Assembly (NCBI GenBank): GCA_020629755.1
Contig: JAHDCS010000001.1
Span: forward strand, 72,103-136,102
Direction: 5' to 3'
Origin: Flavobacteriales bacterium
Lineage (GTDB): Bacteria > Bacteroidota > Bacteroidia > Flavobacteriales_G > JALEGO01
Length of the DNA stretch: 64,000 nt
The position numbers were made by a program, and so were the translations under genes. The notes beneath the pieces were generated by a model. The model saw nothing but the letters and a program-made list of their open reading frames with translations, was not told where the DNA came from and made no database searches. This document shows, one piece after another, positions 41,568-50,759 of the stretch (position 1 is its first letter; the number at the start of each line of letters is the position of its first letter).

Positions 41568-41631
41568 ACCTTTAAGTTAACCGTTCTTTAAAAAGATACA
41601 ATTTTTAAAAAGAAATAGAAGGCATCGTCTG

Positions 41632-43782
41632 TTAATTTATAAGGCCTACTATTCTTGGGATGTTCCAAATGTTTTTTCTCAAAGGGTTAAAATTGTTTCT
41701 CTTTAACTGCCATTCTTCACGTGCCCAAAAATGTAAATTTGACACCGGAAATAAATAGCCAAATTTATAAGCGGTTGCGCTTTTCTTTCGCCTTGCCAAT
41801 TGCTCTACATCATACCTGTATAGGCCTTCTAGTGCTTGTACATACCTCAGGCTTTTTTCTCGTATTTTTTTAGCTGAATCTAAGTAATGTACTGCTTTTT
41901 TCTTTTTTGAATACGATGCTATATACTGTAATGTATTTGCTTTATGTGCTGCTCTTTGAGCGGTTAATTGCAAAGCCAATACAAGCTCTTTTTTTAACTG
42001 AACTATCTGCTCTGAAACCTTTTGATCCTCTATTTTATAAGCCAAGTCTTTAAGTTGCTTACTGTATTCAAAAAGCGGCAATGCGACATGCAGGCGCAAA
42101 GAATCTCTTTGTGCAGCATTGTACTTCCTAAGCATGTGTTTATAAGTATGTTTTGGCCTAGGTACAAACTCTATATTGAATCTTCCAAAAAGCTCATCGG
42201 TCGGTTGCGCAGCGGTGATATAGCGAATTAAGCCTTTTTTAATCAAATATTCTTCTTGAAGCTGATGTACAGAATCAAATAAACGTGTGATCTGATTATT
42301 GCGATACACCTTTTCAATGGGGTCTAAAAAACTGCTCTTTTTATGCGTTGTCCAAGACCAATTTGCAATGGCCCAATCAAACATCCAGTGTGAAAACTCC
42401 CATCCGCTTGTAAAGGTCAAATGCCCATTAACGCCTAAAGAATCTGTGAGCAAAATGTCTCTATGTCGGCGCGACAGATATTGAGAAAAATAATTGGGTA
42501 TGCTATTATCAAACGTAATCCAGTACGCTGATTCTGGATAGTACCAGGTTTCTCTTTCTGTTAATTTATGAGATAACACATCATACATGTGTGTTAAGTT
42601 TTTGCTCCCATAATTTGGCGCTATACTGTCTTTTAGACCATAACTCATAACTGTATGCACCATTGAGCCTATGTTTTGTTCTATCTTTTTATGACCAGGC
42701 TCTAAATAGTTTGTTCTATGGGTATTTGAAAGCATATTTTCTTTTTTAACAACATGCTTTCTACTCATCACTTTAGCGTTGTAGGTTGAAGAAATATAAT
42801 CTGCAATCCATAGCATCTTTTTTTGCTTTTTTGTGGTATTGCCTTCTGTAAACTCAGTTGTAGAAAACTCAATGTTGTAGAGGTTAAATCCAATAGCTGC
42901 TAAACGATCTATATGTCTTTTGATCTGCTTGTCTTTTTTTCGGAGGGATGCAGGAAAGCTTTTGTATAACATATACGCTTTTTGTTGTATCATGTGCAGT
43001 GAAATATCTATCCCCACTAAAATACCCCTTTGATGCGCGTAGGCTACAATTTTTTTTGCATAATGGGGCCAACGCTTAGCGTTAATAGATTCTAAAAGAG
43101 AAAATTCAAAATAATTTTGTCTATTTCGAGCCAACCAATCAATGTACCTCTTTACTTCTTTTAAGCTAGAATCAGATGGCACTAAAAGATGTTCTGTCAA
43201 CTCTAAAGGATGTTGGGTGTGTAAATGAAATCCTTTAATTCTAAATCTTGGTTGTGAAGAAAAGTCGCTCTGTAATAGCTTCTGAACAGATAATGGTTTA
43301 TGATAAATTGTTTGTTTTGGGTGGATGAAATATACGCCTAATGCATCATGCAAAAAACCGTATAACCCATGAGATATTCCAATATCAGACCTGCAAGAGA
43401 GAATGCAAACAAGCGTGTCTTTTACTTTATTTACTGACCATGTATAGGCGTGGTCAGCAAAAGAAAGTTCTTGGTATCCCTTAGAAAAATCATACTGCTT
43501 TTCTAGTTCTTTTGTAAACCTTGAGGAGTCCGTAAGCTCAGGCAAGATTACCTGAAAAACATTGATCTTAGATAGTGTTAAAACCTCATTTAACTGTAAC
43601 GTTTGTAATTGAAAATCTTGAATGGCAAGCCTAACAGCCTGGTTGTTCTGATAATACTCTTGATGAACAAACTCTATTTTTTGCGTTTTAGTTTGACTAA
43701 AAACTTGCGAAGAAAAAACAATCAGTAAGCCTCCGTATAATACCCTCTTTATAATGTGATTATTTACCTTAGTCAATAACAA
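41632..43782 (-). CDS. Conserved hypothetical secreted protein; weak resemblance to GH20-type N-domain + TIM-barrel glycosidases
   Basis: Signal peptide. 'GISHGLYGFLHDALGVYF' and 'PRFRIKGFHLH' resemble the GH20/DUF4838 domain junction, but no catalytic motif was confirmed. Its start overlaps the adhesin gene's stop by 14 nt. Confidence 0.35.
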   Translation of the reverse strand: MLLTKVNNHIIKRVLYGGLLIVFSSQVFSQTKTQKIEFVHQEYYQNNQAVRLAIQDFQLQTLQLNEVLTLSKINVFQVILPELTDSSRFTKELEKQYDFSKGYQELSFADHAYTWSVNKVKDTLVCILSCRSDIGISHGLYGFLHDALGVYFIHPKQTIYHKPLSVQKLLQSDFSSQPRFRIKGFHLHTQHPLELTEHLLVPSDSSLKEVKRYIDWLARNRQNYFEFSLLESINAKRWPHYAKKIVAYAHQRGILVGIDISLHMIQQKAYMLYKSFPASLRKKDKQIKRHIDRLAAIGFNLYNIEFSTTEFTEGNTTKKQKKMLWIADYISSTYNAKVMSRKHVVKKENMLSNTHRTNYLEPGHKKIEQNIGSMVHTVMSYGLKDSIAPNYGSKNLTHMYDVLSHKLTERETWYYPESAYWITFDNSIPNYFSQYLSRRHRDILLTDSLGVNGHLTFTSGWEFSHWMFDWAIANWSWTTHKKSSFLDPIEKVYRNNQITRLFDSVHQLQEEYLIKKGLIRYITAAQPTDELFGRFNIEFVPRPKHTYKHMLRKYNAAQRDSLRLHVALPLFEYSKQLKDLAYKIEDQKVSEQIVQLKKELVLALQLTAQRAAHKANTLQYIASYSKKKKAVHYLDSAKKIREKSLRYVQALEGLYRYDVEQLARRKKSATAYKFGYLFPVSNLHFWAREEWQLKRNNFNPLRKNIWNIPRIVGLIN

Positions 43783-46700
43783 AAGGGATTGTTTTATAGT
43801 GCAAAGACTTTAATTCTTCAATATAGAGCCAATACATCCCTGAAGAAATAGTATGTACTAAAATTGTATGCTCAAATTCAGAGGCATGTGCATAAAAATC
43901 TTCACTGTATAGGGCTTTTCCAAAAGCATCGTATATCCGTATTTTTAATCTGCCAGGCGTTTTATAATTAACCCCTGATAAAATGAGCCTTTGATCTACA
44001 ATAGGGTTAGAGCGCAAATAAATAGCTGGGGCTTGATGTGCTCCTATATCAATCCCTACTGCTGTGCTATCCTCAACCCCAATAGTAATAATAGCGGTTT
44101 CCTCACATTGTTGATTATCTGTTATAGTGACAAAGTATGTCCCTGAACTAATATTAGCAAGTGTGGCCGTGGTATCTGTCGTATTCCAAAAATAACTATA
44201 CGGAAAAACACCTCCATTAGGTGTTAGTTCTACAGAACCATCTGAAGACCCTAGTACCGATGCGTTGGTTGTAGATATGCCCACAGAAAATCCAGGACAT
44301 GGATTGGTTTGCGGATCATAGATTTGCACAGAATCTTCCACCGAACAACCTATTGCATCTTGAACGGTTATGTAATAAACGCCAATAGATAAACCTGATA
44401 TTAAAGGCGTATTTGAGCCGTTTGACCAAGAATACCCGTAAGGTTGATTTGCTCCAGAAGCAAATGCGCTTGCAGATCCATCCATAGCGCCAACAGCACT
44501 AACATCTGTGGTAGATAAACTCACAATTAAATCACAAGGATTTGTGCCGGAAGAATCCACACCAATCGACACAAGACCACTAAATACACAACTATTTGCA
44601 TCTAATACATTTAGCGTATAGGTTCCCGTAGATAAGTTAGAAATAGAACTCGTTGTATCGCCTGTTTGCCACGTATAGGCATATGGAGGAGTACCTCCTA
44701 CAACAAAGGCGCTTGCAGACCCATCATTTGCACCAATAGCGCTTGTATTTTGTGTGGTTACATCTACAAGAAAAGTAGAGCACGGATCAGTCATGGTACT
44801 ATCTACAGGAATAAACACACTAAGGGTTGCCACACAACCACTATCGTCTGTCACAGTTACAGCATATGTTCCTGAAGCTACACTGTCTAAACTTACGCCT
44901 ATAGATCCATTTGACCAAGTAATACCATAAGGGGTTGTACCTCCAGAAATCGATAGTTGAGCAAAGCCATCATTAGCGCCAGTAGAAGTTTCATTCATAA
45001 TACTATTCACATTTATGACTACTGGATTTAAACTATCGCAAGGGCCTGTCGGATTACCTCCTGAGGATGAATCTAGTGGAATAAAAATAGACGCTACTTT
45101 AATACAACCCAAGCTATCTTCTACAGTAGCTGTATAAGTATTTGAAGCTACTCCGCTGATCACAAAACCCGTAAACCCATTTGACCAGGTAACATTATAT
45201 GGAGAAGTCCCTCCGCTTACCATTACTTCTGCTACACCATCATTAGCTCCAGAAACACTTTCTGAAGCAATCAAGTTGCTGCTTACCAACAACGGGTTTA
45301 AACTATCGCAAGGGCCTGTGGGGTTACCCCCTGAAGAAGAATCTAGTGGAATAAAAATAGACGCTACTTTAATACAACCCAAGCTATCTTCTACAGTAGC
45401 TGTATAAGTATTTGAAGCTACTCCGCTGATCACAAAACCCGTAAACCCATTTGACCAGGTAACATTATATGGAGAAGTCCCTCCGCTTACCATTACTTCT
45501 GCTTCACCATCATTAGCCCCAGAAACACTTTCAGAAGCAATCAAGTTACTGTTGACCAACAACGGGTTTAAACTATCGCAAGGGCCTATAGACAGGTTTA
45601 CATCGACAAATCCTGAATCTACGATGCTACACAACAACGAATCTGTTACGGTAACCGAATACCAACCTGTACTTAAACCAGAAATAGAGTTTCCATTAGC
45701 CCCATTGCTCCATATATAATTGAAATTTCCATTACCTCCTAATGCCGTTACATTAGCTGTTCCATCACTTGCATTTGAAGCCGTTTCATTTGTTGTAGAA
45801 ACAGAGGCTTGAAAATTTGAGCAGGCATTACAATTTTGTGTGTTTACATAGACATAATCAGAGGCTGAACACCCTGTTTGATTGTCTATTACTTCTAATT
45901 GAAACCCCAAAGGAAAAACCATTGGAATTACAGTTGTGTTTTCAGAGGTATAATTGGTTAAGTAGTCTAAATTTTGTATTTCAGGAACTTCTGACCATTG
46001 ATAAGAATAATCGCCTGTTCCACCCACAGCTGTAGGTGATGCTCCAAGATAAAGTGAATCTGTGGTACACACGCTGTCTAACACATGCGCTTCAGCTATA
46101 AAGCTAGAATTTTTAAATACCGTGATTTTATCGTAGCCATAACAATTTGTGGCATCATATAAGATTAATTCATAATTATGATATCCATCACTTAAGTTCG
46201 ATACATTTAATGTTGGATGTAAAATACTGTTGCTACTTAATTCTTGGCCAATCCATTGATACGTATAAGGAGGTGCGGAACTACCAAAAGGCTCTATCCC
46301 TCCCATTTCTAAGGCCGGTTTAGAGGTACACACCGTGTCTCCATAAGTTTGTGTATGTAAATGATTAAAGGCTTGAACTGGACTTGGAGATCCTTGAGTT
46401 AAAATAACCACCGTATCAAGTTTTACACACCCTTGTGCATCTGTGACTTTTAACACACAATTATTATATCCAAAATTTATACTTGAATTCGGTGTAATCA
46501 GCGGGTTAAGTGCATTTGGGTCTTCAACCGTGTAATCCGTAATCCATTCTATTGCATAAGGCTCTAAACCACCTGTCACACTTGGGTTACCACCAATTCT
46601 AAAGTCACCAGATAAACACAAGGTGTCAAATAACCAGGCATTCACAATTAAGGTATTGTTTAGGCAAGAACTGGTGAAATTTAAATCATCATTAATAATG

Positions 46701-47926
46701 ATCCAATTGTAAATTGACATAAGTTCATTTCGAGCTGAATCAGCTGTAAAATAGTATAAACTATCCGCGCCTAAAAACAATCCATTTTGCACATTTTGTA
46801 CAGACCACCCTATTAAGGTTTGGTCATAATTTTGTTGATTTAAGCCTGAAAAAGAAAGCATTTTTGTGAGGTTATTTGCCTCTGAAATATCCCAAGCGCT
46901 TAATGGCTGATTAAAACTTTCAGCCCTATGAAAGACATATGAAAAATCACTGATATTACTGACATTAAAATGGGTAACCGATTGATTAAATGAGAGTGCC
47001 ATATCAAACATCCCTTTCATTGAATTTGCAGATGAAGTATTCCAATTTGTGAGAGGCTTGTCAAACATTGAAGCCTCTTGAAACATTTCTCTAAAATCTT
47101 GTACATTTTGTGTGTTCCAAGCAGAAACATCTCCATTAAATACGCTAGCCCCTTTAAACATCTGATGCATATCGACAACATTAGCGGTATTCCAGCTGTT
47201 AAGTGGCTGGTTAAAGGCCGTTGCATTATTAAACATTGAATGAAAATATTGAGCACTAGACGTATTCCATGAACCTATTGGTTGGTTAAAACTCTCTGTG
47301 CCTAAAAACATAGAAGAAAAATTAACCCCTAAGGCTGTGTTCCAGCTACTGATGTTGCTATTAAAGGCATGGCAATTAAAAAACATCCCCCCAAAATTTG
47401 TAGCTTGAGAAACATCCCAACCACTTAAATCTCCATTAAACAAATAACACTGACTAAATGCAAAAGAAAAATCTGTAGAGGCTGACAAATCAGGAGTATC
47501 TGTAGCTGAAGAGGTTAGATTCGCACATCCAGAAAACGCATTTGACATACTTTGCCATTTTATATCTCCCCATTGTTCAATATTTAAAATCTTCTCTTTA
47601 TCTCCGGTGTTAGAAAAAGCAATATACTGTATTGCATCATTAGGATTTGCTGATGGAGTTATGCTAATGCTATAAATCCCTGCAGACGGAAATGTAACTG
47701 TATACAGATCACTTACTAAACCCTCTGTTCCGTTGTTTGAAGGATTTGCTACTTCTTGCCAGTCAATGGTGTAATCACCAAATGCCGGTATCCGCATTTG
47801 ATTCATCGCGCTAGTTCCTGGCAGTTCAGTATTACAGGTCGTAATAAAAGGTGACTGTGAAAGAAAAACAAGGGGCAACACAACAGATGCCACCATCGGT
47901 AAAAAAAACTTTAGAGTATTCGTCAT
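43769..47926 (-). CDS. Giant T9SS type A surface adhesin: N-terminal BspA-like (DUF285) LRR repeats + about 8 SprB-type repeats
   Basis: Repeated 'F..c..FN..l..WNts.v..m..MF' units (DUF285/BspA type). Repeated 'GANDG.A...vsGGt.PY...WSNG' units. C-terminus 'IRIYDAFGKALY...SGMYWLYIE'. The ATG at 47926 (signal peptide 'MTNTLKFFLPMVASVVLPLVFLS') is preferred over 48019, which overlaps rsmG. Confidence 0.8.
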   Translation of the reverse strand: MTNTLKFFLPMVASVVLPLVFLSQSPFITTCNTELPGTSAMNQMRIPAFGDYTIDWQEVANPSNNGTEGLVSDLYTVTFPSAGIYSISITPSANPNDAIQYIAFSNTGDKEKILNIEQWGDIKWQSMSNAFSGCANLTSSATDTPDLSASTDFSFAFSQCYLFNGDLSGWDVSQATNFGGMFFNCHAFNSNISSWNTALGVNFSSMFLGTESFNQPIGSWNTSSAQYFHSMFNNATAFNQPLNSWNTANVVDMHQMFKGASVFNGDVSAWNTQNVQDFREMFQEASMFDKPLTNWNTSSANSMKGMFDMALSFNQSVTHFNVSNISDFSYVFHRAESFNQPLSAWDISEANNLTKMLSFSGLNQQNYDQTLIGWSVQNVQNGLFLGADSLYYFTADSARNELMSIYNWIIINDDLNFTSSCLNNTLIVNAWLFDTLCLSGDFRIGGNPSVTGGLEPYAIEWITDYTVEDPNALNPLITPNSSINFGYNNCVLKVTDAQGCVKLDTVVILTQGSPSPVQAFNHLHTQTYGDTVCTSKPALEMGGIEPFGSSAPPYTYQWIGQELSSNSILHPTLNVSNLSDGYHNYELILYDATNCYGYDKITVFKNSSFIAEAHVLDSVCTTDSLYLGASPTAVGGTGDYSYQWSEVPEIQNLDYLTNYTSENTTVIPMVFPLGFQLEVIDNQTGCSASDYVYVNTQNCNACSNFQASVSTTNETASNASDGTANVTALGGNGNFNYIWSNGANGNSISGLSTGWYSVTVTDSLLCSIVDSGFVDVNLSIGPCDSLNPLLVNSNLIASESVSGANDGEAEVMVSGGTSPYNVTWSNGFTGFVISGVASNTYTATVEDSLGCIKVASIFIPLDSSSGGNPTGPCDSLNPLLVSSNLIASESVSGANDGVAEVMVSGGTSPYNVTWSNGFTGFVISGVASNTYTATVEDSLGCIKVASIFIPLDSSSGGNPTGPCDSLNPVVINVNSIMNETSTGANDGFAQLSISGGTTPYGITWSNGSIGVSLDSVASGTYAVTVTDDSGCVATLSVFIPVDSTMTDPCSTFLVDVTTQNTSAIGANDGSASAFVVGGTPPYAYTWQTGDTTSSISNLSTGTYTLNVLDANSCVFSGLVSIGVDSSGTNPCDLIVSLSTTDVSAVGAMDGSASAFASGANQPYGYSWSNGSNTPLISGLSIGVYYITVQDAIGCSVEDSVQIYDPQTNPCPGFSVGISTTNASVLGSSDGSVELTPNGGVFPYSYFWNTTDTTATLANISSGTYFVTITDNQQCEETAIITIGVEDSTAVGIDIGAHQAPAIYLRSNPIVDQRLILSGVNYKTPGRLKIRIYDAFGKALYSEDFYAHASEFEHTILVHTISSGMYWLYIEELKSLHYKTIPFVID
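45031..45570 (-). repeat. Two tandem 270-bp units (~96% identical) inside the adhesin gene
   Basis: 45031..45300 against 45301..45570. A central stretch of more than 150 bp is identical in manual alignment. Encodes two 90-aa SprB-type repeats that differ at 2 residues. Confidence 0.9.
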
Positions 47927-47978
47927 AGATCTAGGGGTTATAACGAAAGTATATTTTTTTTTAAAACTGAGCTCTACC

Positions 47979-48608
47979 CTATTTTTGTTTTCTGACAGAT
48001 AGCACTTTTTTGGTCTCAAAAAAAGGGCCTGAACAAAATGTGTTTAAAGGAAACTCTTTAAATGAATATGCGTTAACTTCTTGTTTTTCTTCGCTAAGAT
48101 CTCCGCCTTTTAAATACAAAAGCGCTTGAAAGTTTTTGTGGTTCATTAGCTTATCCACCCAAGGTAGAAAAACAGACAACCGTTTAACTGCACGACTCAC
48201 TAAATACGTAGGGCGTGCCTCAATGTTTTCTATGCGCTCACACTTAATTAGAATATTCTCAAGCCCTAGTTGATGCGCTATATCCTGCACAACTTTTAAT
48301 TTTTTTTGAATAGAATCAACAAGTAAAAACGACGTGTCAGGAAACATGATGGCCAATGGAAGCCCTGGAAACCCTCCACCTGTCCCTACATCAATCACAA
48401 AATCTGAGGCAGAAAATGTTTGAACCTTTGAGATTAGAAGAGAATGTAAAAAATGCCGCTCTCTGATCAAATGATGTTCTTTTCTTGAAATCACATTGAT
48501 TTTATGATTCCAATCTATATAGAGCTTTTCGGCATGCTTAAGCATTTCGATTTGCTCTACAGATAAATTTGAAAAAAACTGTTGATACGCTATCTCAGTA
48601 TTTTTCAA
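47979..48608 (-). CDS. rsmG: 16S rRNA (guanine527-N7)-methyltransferase RsmG
   Basis: SAM-binding motif 'DVGTGGGFPGLPLAI'. 209 aa. Confidence 0.9.
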   Translation of the reverse strand: MKNTEIAYQQFFSNLSVEQIEMLKHAEKLYIDWNHKINVISRKEHHLIRERHFLHSLLISKVQTFSASDFVIDVGTGGGFPGLPLAIMFPDTSFLLVDSIQKKLKVVQDIAHQLGLENILIKCERIENIEARPTYLVSRAVKRLSVFLPWVDKLMNHKNFQALLYLKGGDLSEEKQEVNAYSFKEFPLNTFCSGPFFETKKVLSVRKQK

Positions 48609-49215
48609 TCGTATTTTTCATAATATTAAAAAGAAAATCCCTCCCTCTGAACAGCTGCGCTTTTACGGTGCCTAAAGGCAAATCCATTTGTTGGGCAATT
48701 TCATCGTAAGACAACTCTTCAAAATAACGCAATTCGATGAGTTTTCTGTATCTAGGTTTTAATTTTTGCACTACATCTCGCATCGCTTTAATGCGCTGTG
48801 ATTTAATGGCTTCTTCTTCAGGATCTAAGCCTTTTGATTCAAGGGTAATTGAGCGTTTTCCGCCTTCTGGATCTTCATATTTTTTATCTATAGAAATAAT
48901 ATGGGCTCTCTTTTTTCTTAAAAAGTCAATACAGTTGTTAGACGCAATCTTAAAGAGCCAAGTACTAAAGGCATAATCTGGTGAATATTGCTGAAGTTTT
49001 TTAAACGCTTTCCCGAAAGCTTCTAGGGTTAAGTCTTCGGCATCATCTTTACTTCGTACCATTTTTAATAGCATAAAATAAATCGAATCTCGATAATAGC
49101 CCATTAATTCTGCATACGCTTTTTGGTCTTTTTGATTAATGGCTCTTTGCACGAGTTTAAAGTCTCTTTGTGCTTTTATCGATAAATTCTCGTTTACTTT
49201 TTCTTGGCTTTCCAT
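48595..49215 (-). CDS. RNA polymerase ECF-type sigma-70 family factor
   Basis: Region 2 'DAEDLTLEAFGKAFKKL...FSTWLFKIASNNCIDFLRKK' and region 4 'LSYDEIAQQMDLPLGTVKAQLFRGR'. Confidence 0.85.
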   Translation of the reverse strand: MESQEKVNENLSIKAQRDFKLVQRAINQKDQKAYAELMGYYRDSIYFMLLKMVRSKDDAEDLTLEAFGKAFKKLQQYSPDYAFSTWLFKIASNNCIDFLRKKRAHIISIDKKYEDPEGGKRSITLESKGLDPEEEAIKSQRIKAMRDVVQKLKPRYRKLIELRYFEELSYDEIAQQMDLPLGTVKAQLFRGRDFLFNIMKNTIEKY

Positions 49216-49219
49216 TCTG

Positions 49220-50317
49220 TTATTGTCTTTTATGCCAGGGCAAAAATTTCATCCCCCAAAATATAGGATAGAAAAGTATAACAAGAAATTCGAATATCAA
49301 AGCAAAGTGTTGTAAATCATTTTCTTTTAGAGATTTAAAATAAGACTTGTAAAAGAAAAAGCCAGTGCTTACTCTAAGTATAAACGTTAAGAATACTAAC
49401 CCGGTTAAGGTATTTGTGAGTGCAATGCCTAAAAAAAACATCCACCAAAATAATTTCAAATGAAAATTCAAAAAAGAAATTGTCTTAGACACCCATGAAT
49501 AGTAAGATGCTGTGGTTAAGTGGCGTGCTTTTTGTTTAATCCAATTTTTTAACGTTTTAGGGGGGATGGAAAGGGTAAATGACAAAGGATCTGTAAGATT
49601 GTTAATGGGGATATCACCTTGTTTTTCAACCAACAAATCATCATCACCAGAGTCTAATTCAGGCACTACAATTTGAGGATTGTCTAAAAGAACGTCTTTA
49701 TGATAGATTAAATTTCTTCCAACGGCTGAATACGCAAAGCCCATTTGATTCCAAAAAAAATAATCCGCAGCGATTAGGGCCGTGTCAAAACGGATTAACT
49801 TATTCAATAATCCTGGCAATTTTTGATAGGCTCCATACCCAATATATATTTCTTTTTTGTTATTTTTTTGACGCAGTTCTTTGGCAATGGTGTGCAGCCA
49901 CTCTTTAGACTTAGGCACACAATCAGCATCCGTATGTACTACCCAATCGTGATTTGCCTTTGATACTCCGAACCAAACGGCCTGTTTTTTACCTTTATGG
50001 GTCTTGCAATATGTTTCAAGTTCTATGTATCGAATTCTAAAGGGTGTTTTGTCTAACCATTGAAAAGGGACCTTCTGATCTAAATCAGAAAAATCATCTA
50101 TAACAATCAGCTCAAAATTTAGATGCGACTGGGCTCTAAGTGCCTGAAGGAGTCGCTTAACGTTATCTACTTCATTTCTATAACACACTACTACACTTAA
50201 TGGAAATTCCTGATCATAAGACCTCTGAGGTAGATCAAACACCTTGTGTTTGCTAGCAATTTTAACCCCTTCTAAAAGAATGAGTGCAATAGAGAATATT
50301 AAAAATAAAACAACCAC
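49220..50317 (-). CDS. GT2 family glycosyltransferase (membrane-associated)
   Basis: 'LSVVVCYRNE', 'LIVIDDFSD' and 'TDADC' motifs, with C-terminal TM helices. Confidence 0.75.
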   Translation of the reverse strand: MVVLFLIFSIALILLEGVKIASKHKVFDLPQRSYDQEFPLSVVVCYRNEVDNVKRLLQALRAQSHLNFELIVIDDFSDLDQKVPFQWLDKTPFRIRYIELETYCKTHKGKKQAVWFGVSKANHDWVVHTDADCVPKSKEWLHTIAKELRQKNNKKEIYIGYGAYQKLPGLLNKLIRFDTALIAADYFFWNQMGFAYSAVGRNLIYHKDVLLDNPQIVVPELDSGDDDLLVEKQGDIPINNLTDPLSFTLSIPPKTLKNWIKQKARHLTTASYYSWVSKTISFLNFHLKLFWWMFFLGIALTNTLTGLVFLTFILRVSTGFFFYKSYFKSLKENDLQHFALIFEFLVILFYPIFWGMKFLPWHKRQ

Positions 50318-50324
50318 AAGAAAG

Positions 50325-50407
50325 TGCCCGGGGCGGGACTCGAACCCGCACGTACTTGGTACACATGTCCCTCAAACATGCCTGTCTACCAATTTCAGCA
50401 CCCGGGC
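50325..50407 (-). tRNA. tRNA-Leu (anticodon GAG), long variable arm
   Basis: Manual fold: acceptor GCCCGGG/CCCGGGC, anticodon arm CATGT-TTGAGGG-ACATG, variable stem GTAC-CAA-GTAC, T-arm GCGGG-TTCGAGT-CCCGC. Confidence 0.9.
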
Positions 50408-50438
50408 AAAAACAAAAAATGCCGCCATTTGGCGGCAT
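50408..50438 (-). terminator. Terminator-like hairpin between tRNA-Lys and tRNA-Leu
   Basis: Stem atgccgcc/ggcggcat (8 bp), 4-nt loop. Flanked by a T-run on the minus strand (tttttgttttt) and a shorter T-run on the plus strand. Confidence 0.55.
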
Positions 50439-50442
50439 TTTG

Positions 50443-50515
50443 TGACCTGGCTGGGGCTCGAACCCAGGACCCTCTCCTTAAAAGGGAGATGCTCTACCAA
50501 CTGAGCTACCAGGTC
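50443..50515 (-). tRNA. tRNA-Lys (anticodon UUU)
   Basis: Manual fold: acceptor GACCTGG/CCAGGTC, D-arm GCTC-AGTTGGTA-GAGC, anticodon arm TCTCC-CTTTTAA-GGAGA, T-arm CTGGG-TTCGAGC-CCCAG. Confidence 0.95.
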
Positions 50516-50524
50516 TTTGGCCTG

Positions 50525-50532
50525 CAAATATA
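50525..50532 (-). promoter_or_regulatory. -7 box TATATTTG (TAnnTTTG) upstream of tRNA-Lys, with TTTG at about -33 (50553..50556)
   Basis: The motif ends 9 nt before the mature tRNA 5' end. A TTTG lies 20 bp further upstream. Confidence 0.55.
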
Positions 50533-50731
50533 ACATCAAAAAAAATGATGTGCAAAAATTTATCAGATATTTCACTGTCTTTTCATTAAAAGAGTTCTAA
50601 AAAACCCCAAAACAACTCTGCTTAACACCTTAAATCAAAACGTTTACAATGCTAAAAAGATATTTAACCAAAGAAAATCATTGTTTTTTGTCTTTAATCA
50701 AATTATTATTTGTTATGTTTTTAATTATCTG

Positions 50732-50739
50732 TAAATTTG
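50732..50739 (+). promoter_or_regulatory. -7 box TAAATTTG (TAnnTTTG), with a -33 TTTG at 50709..50712, for the 50760 gene
   Basis: 19-bp spacing between TTTG and TAnnTTTG. Located 20 nt upstream of the ATG. Confidence 0.55.
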
Positions 50740-50759
50740 CGGTACATTAAAAAATAAAC

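Noticed and set aside
47927-48019. Upstream ATG (48019) for the giant adhesin
   Set aside because: The extension overlaps the rsmG 3' end and precedes a perfect signal peptide that begins at the ATG at 47926.
50244-50575. Three ORFs (50244..50504, 50324..50533, 50372..50575)
   Set aside because: All are translated across the tRNA-Leu and tRNA-Lys genes and the intervening hairpin, so they are not coding.
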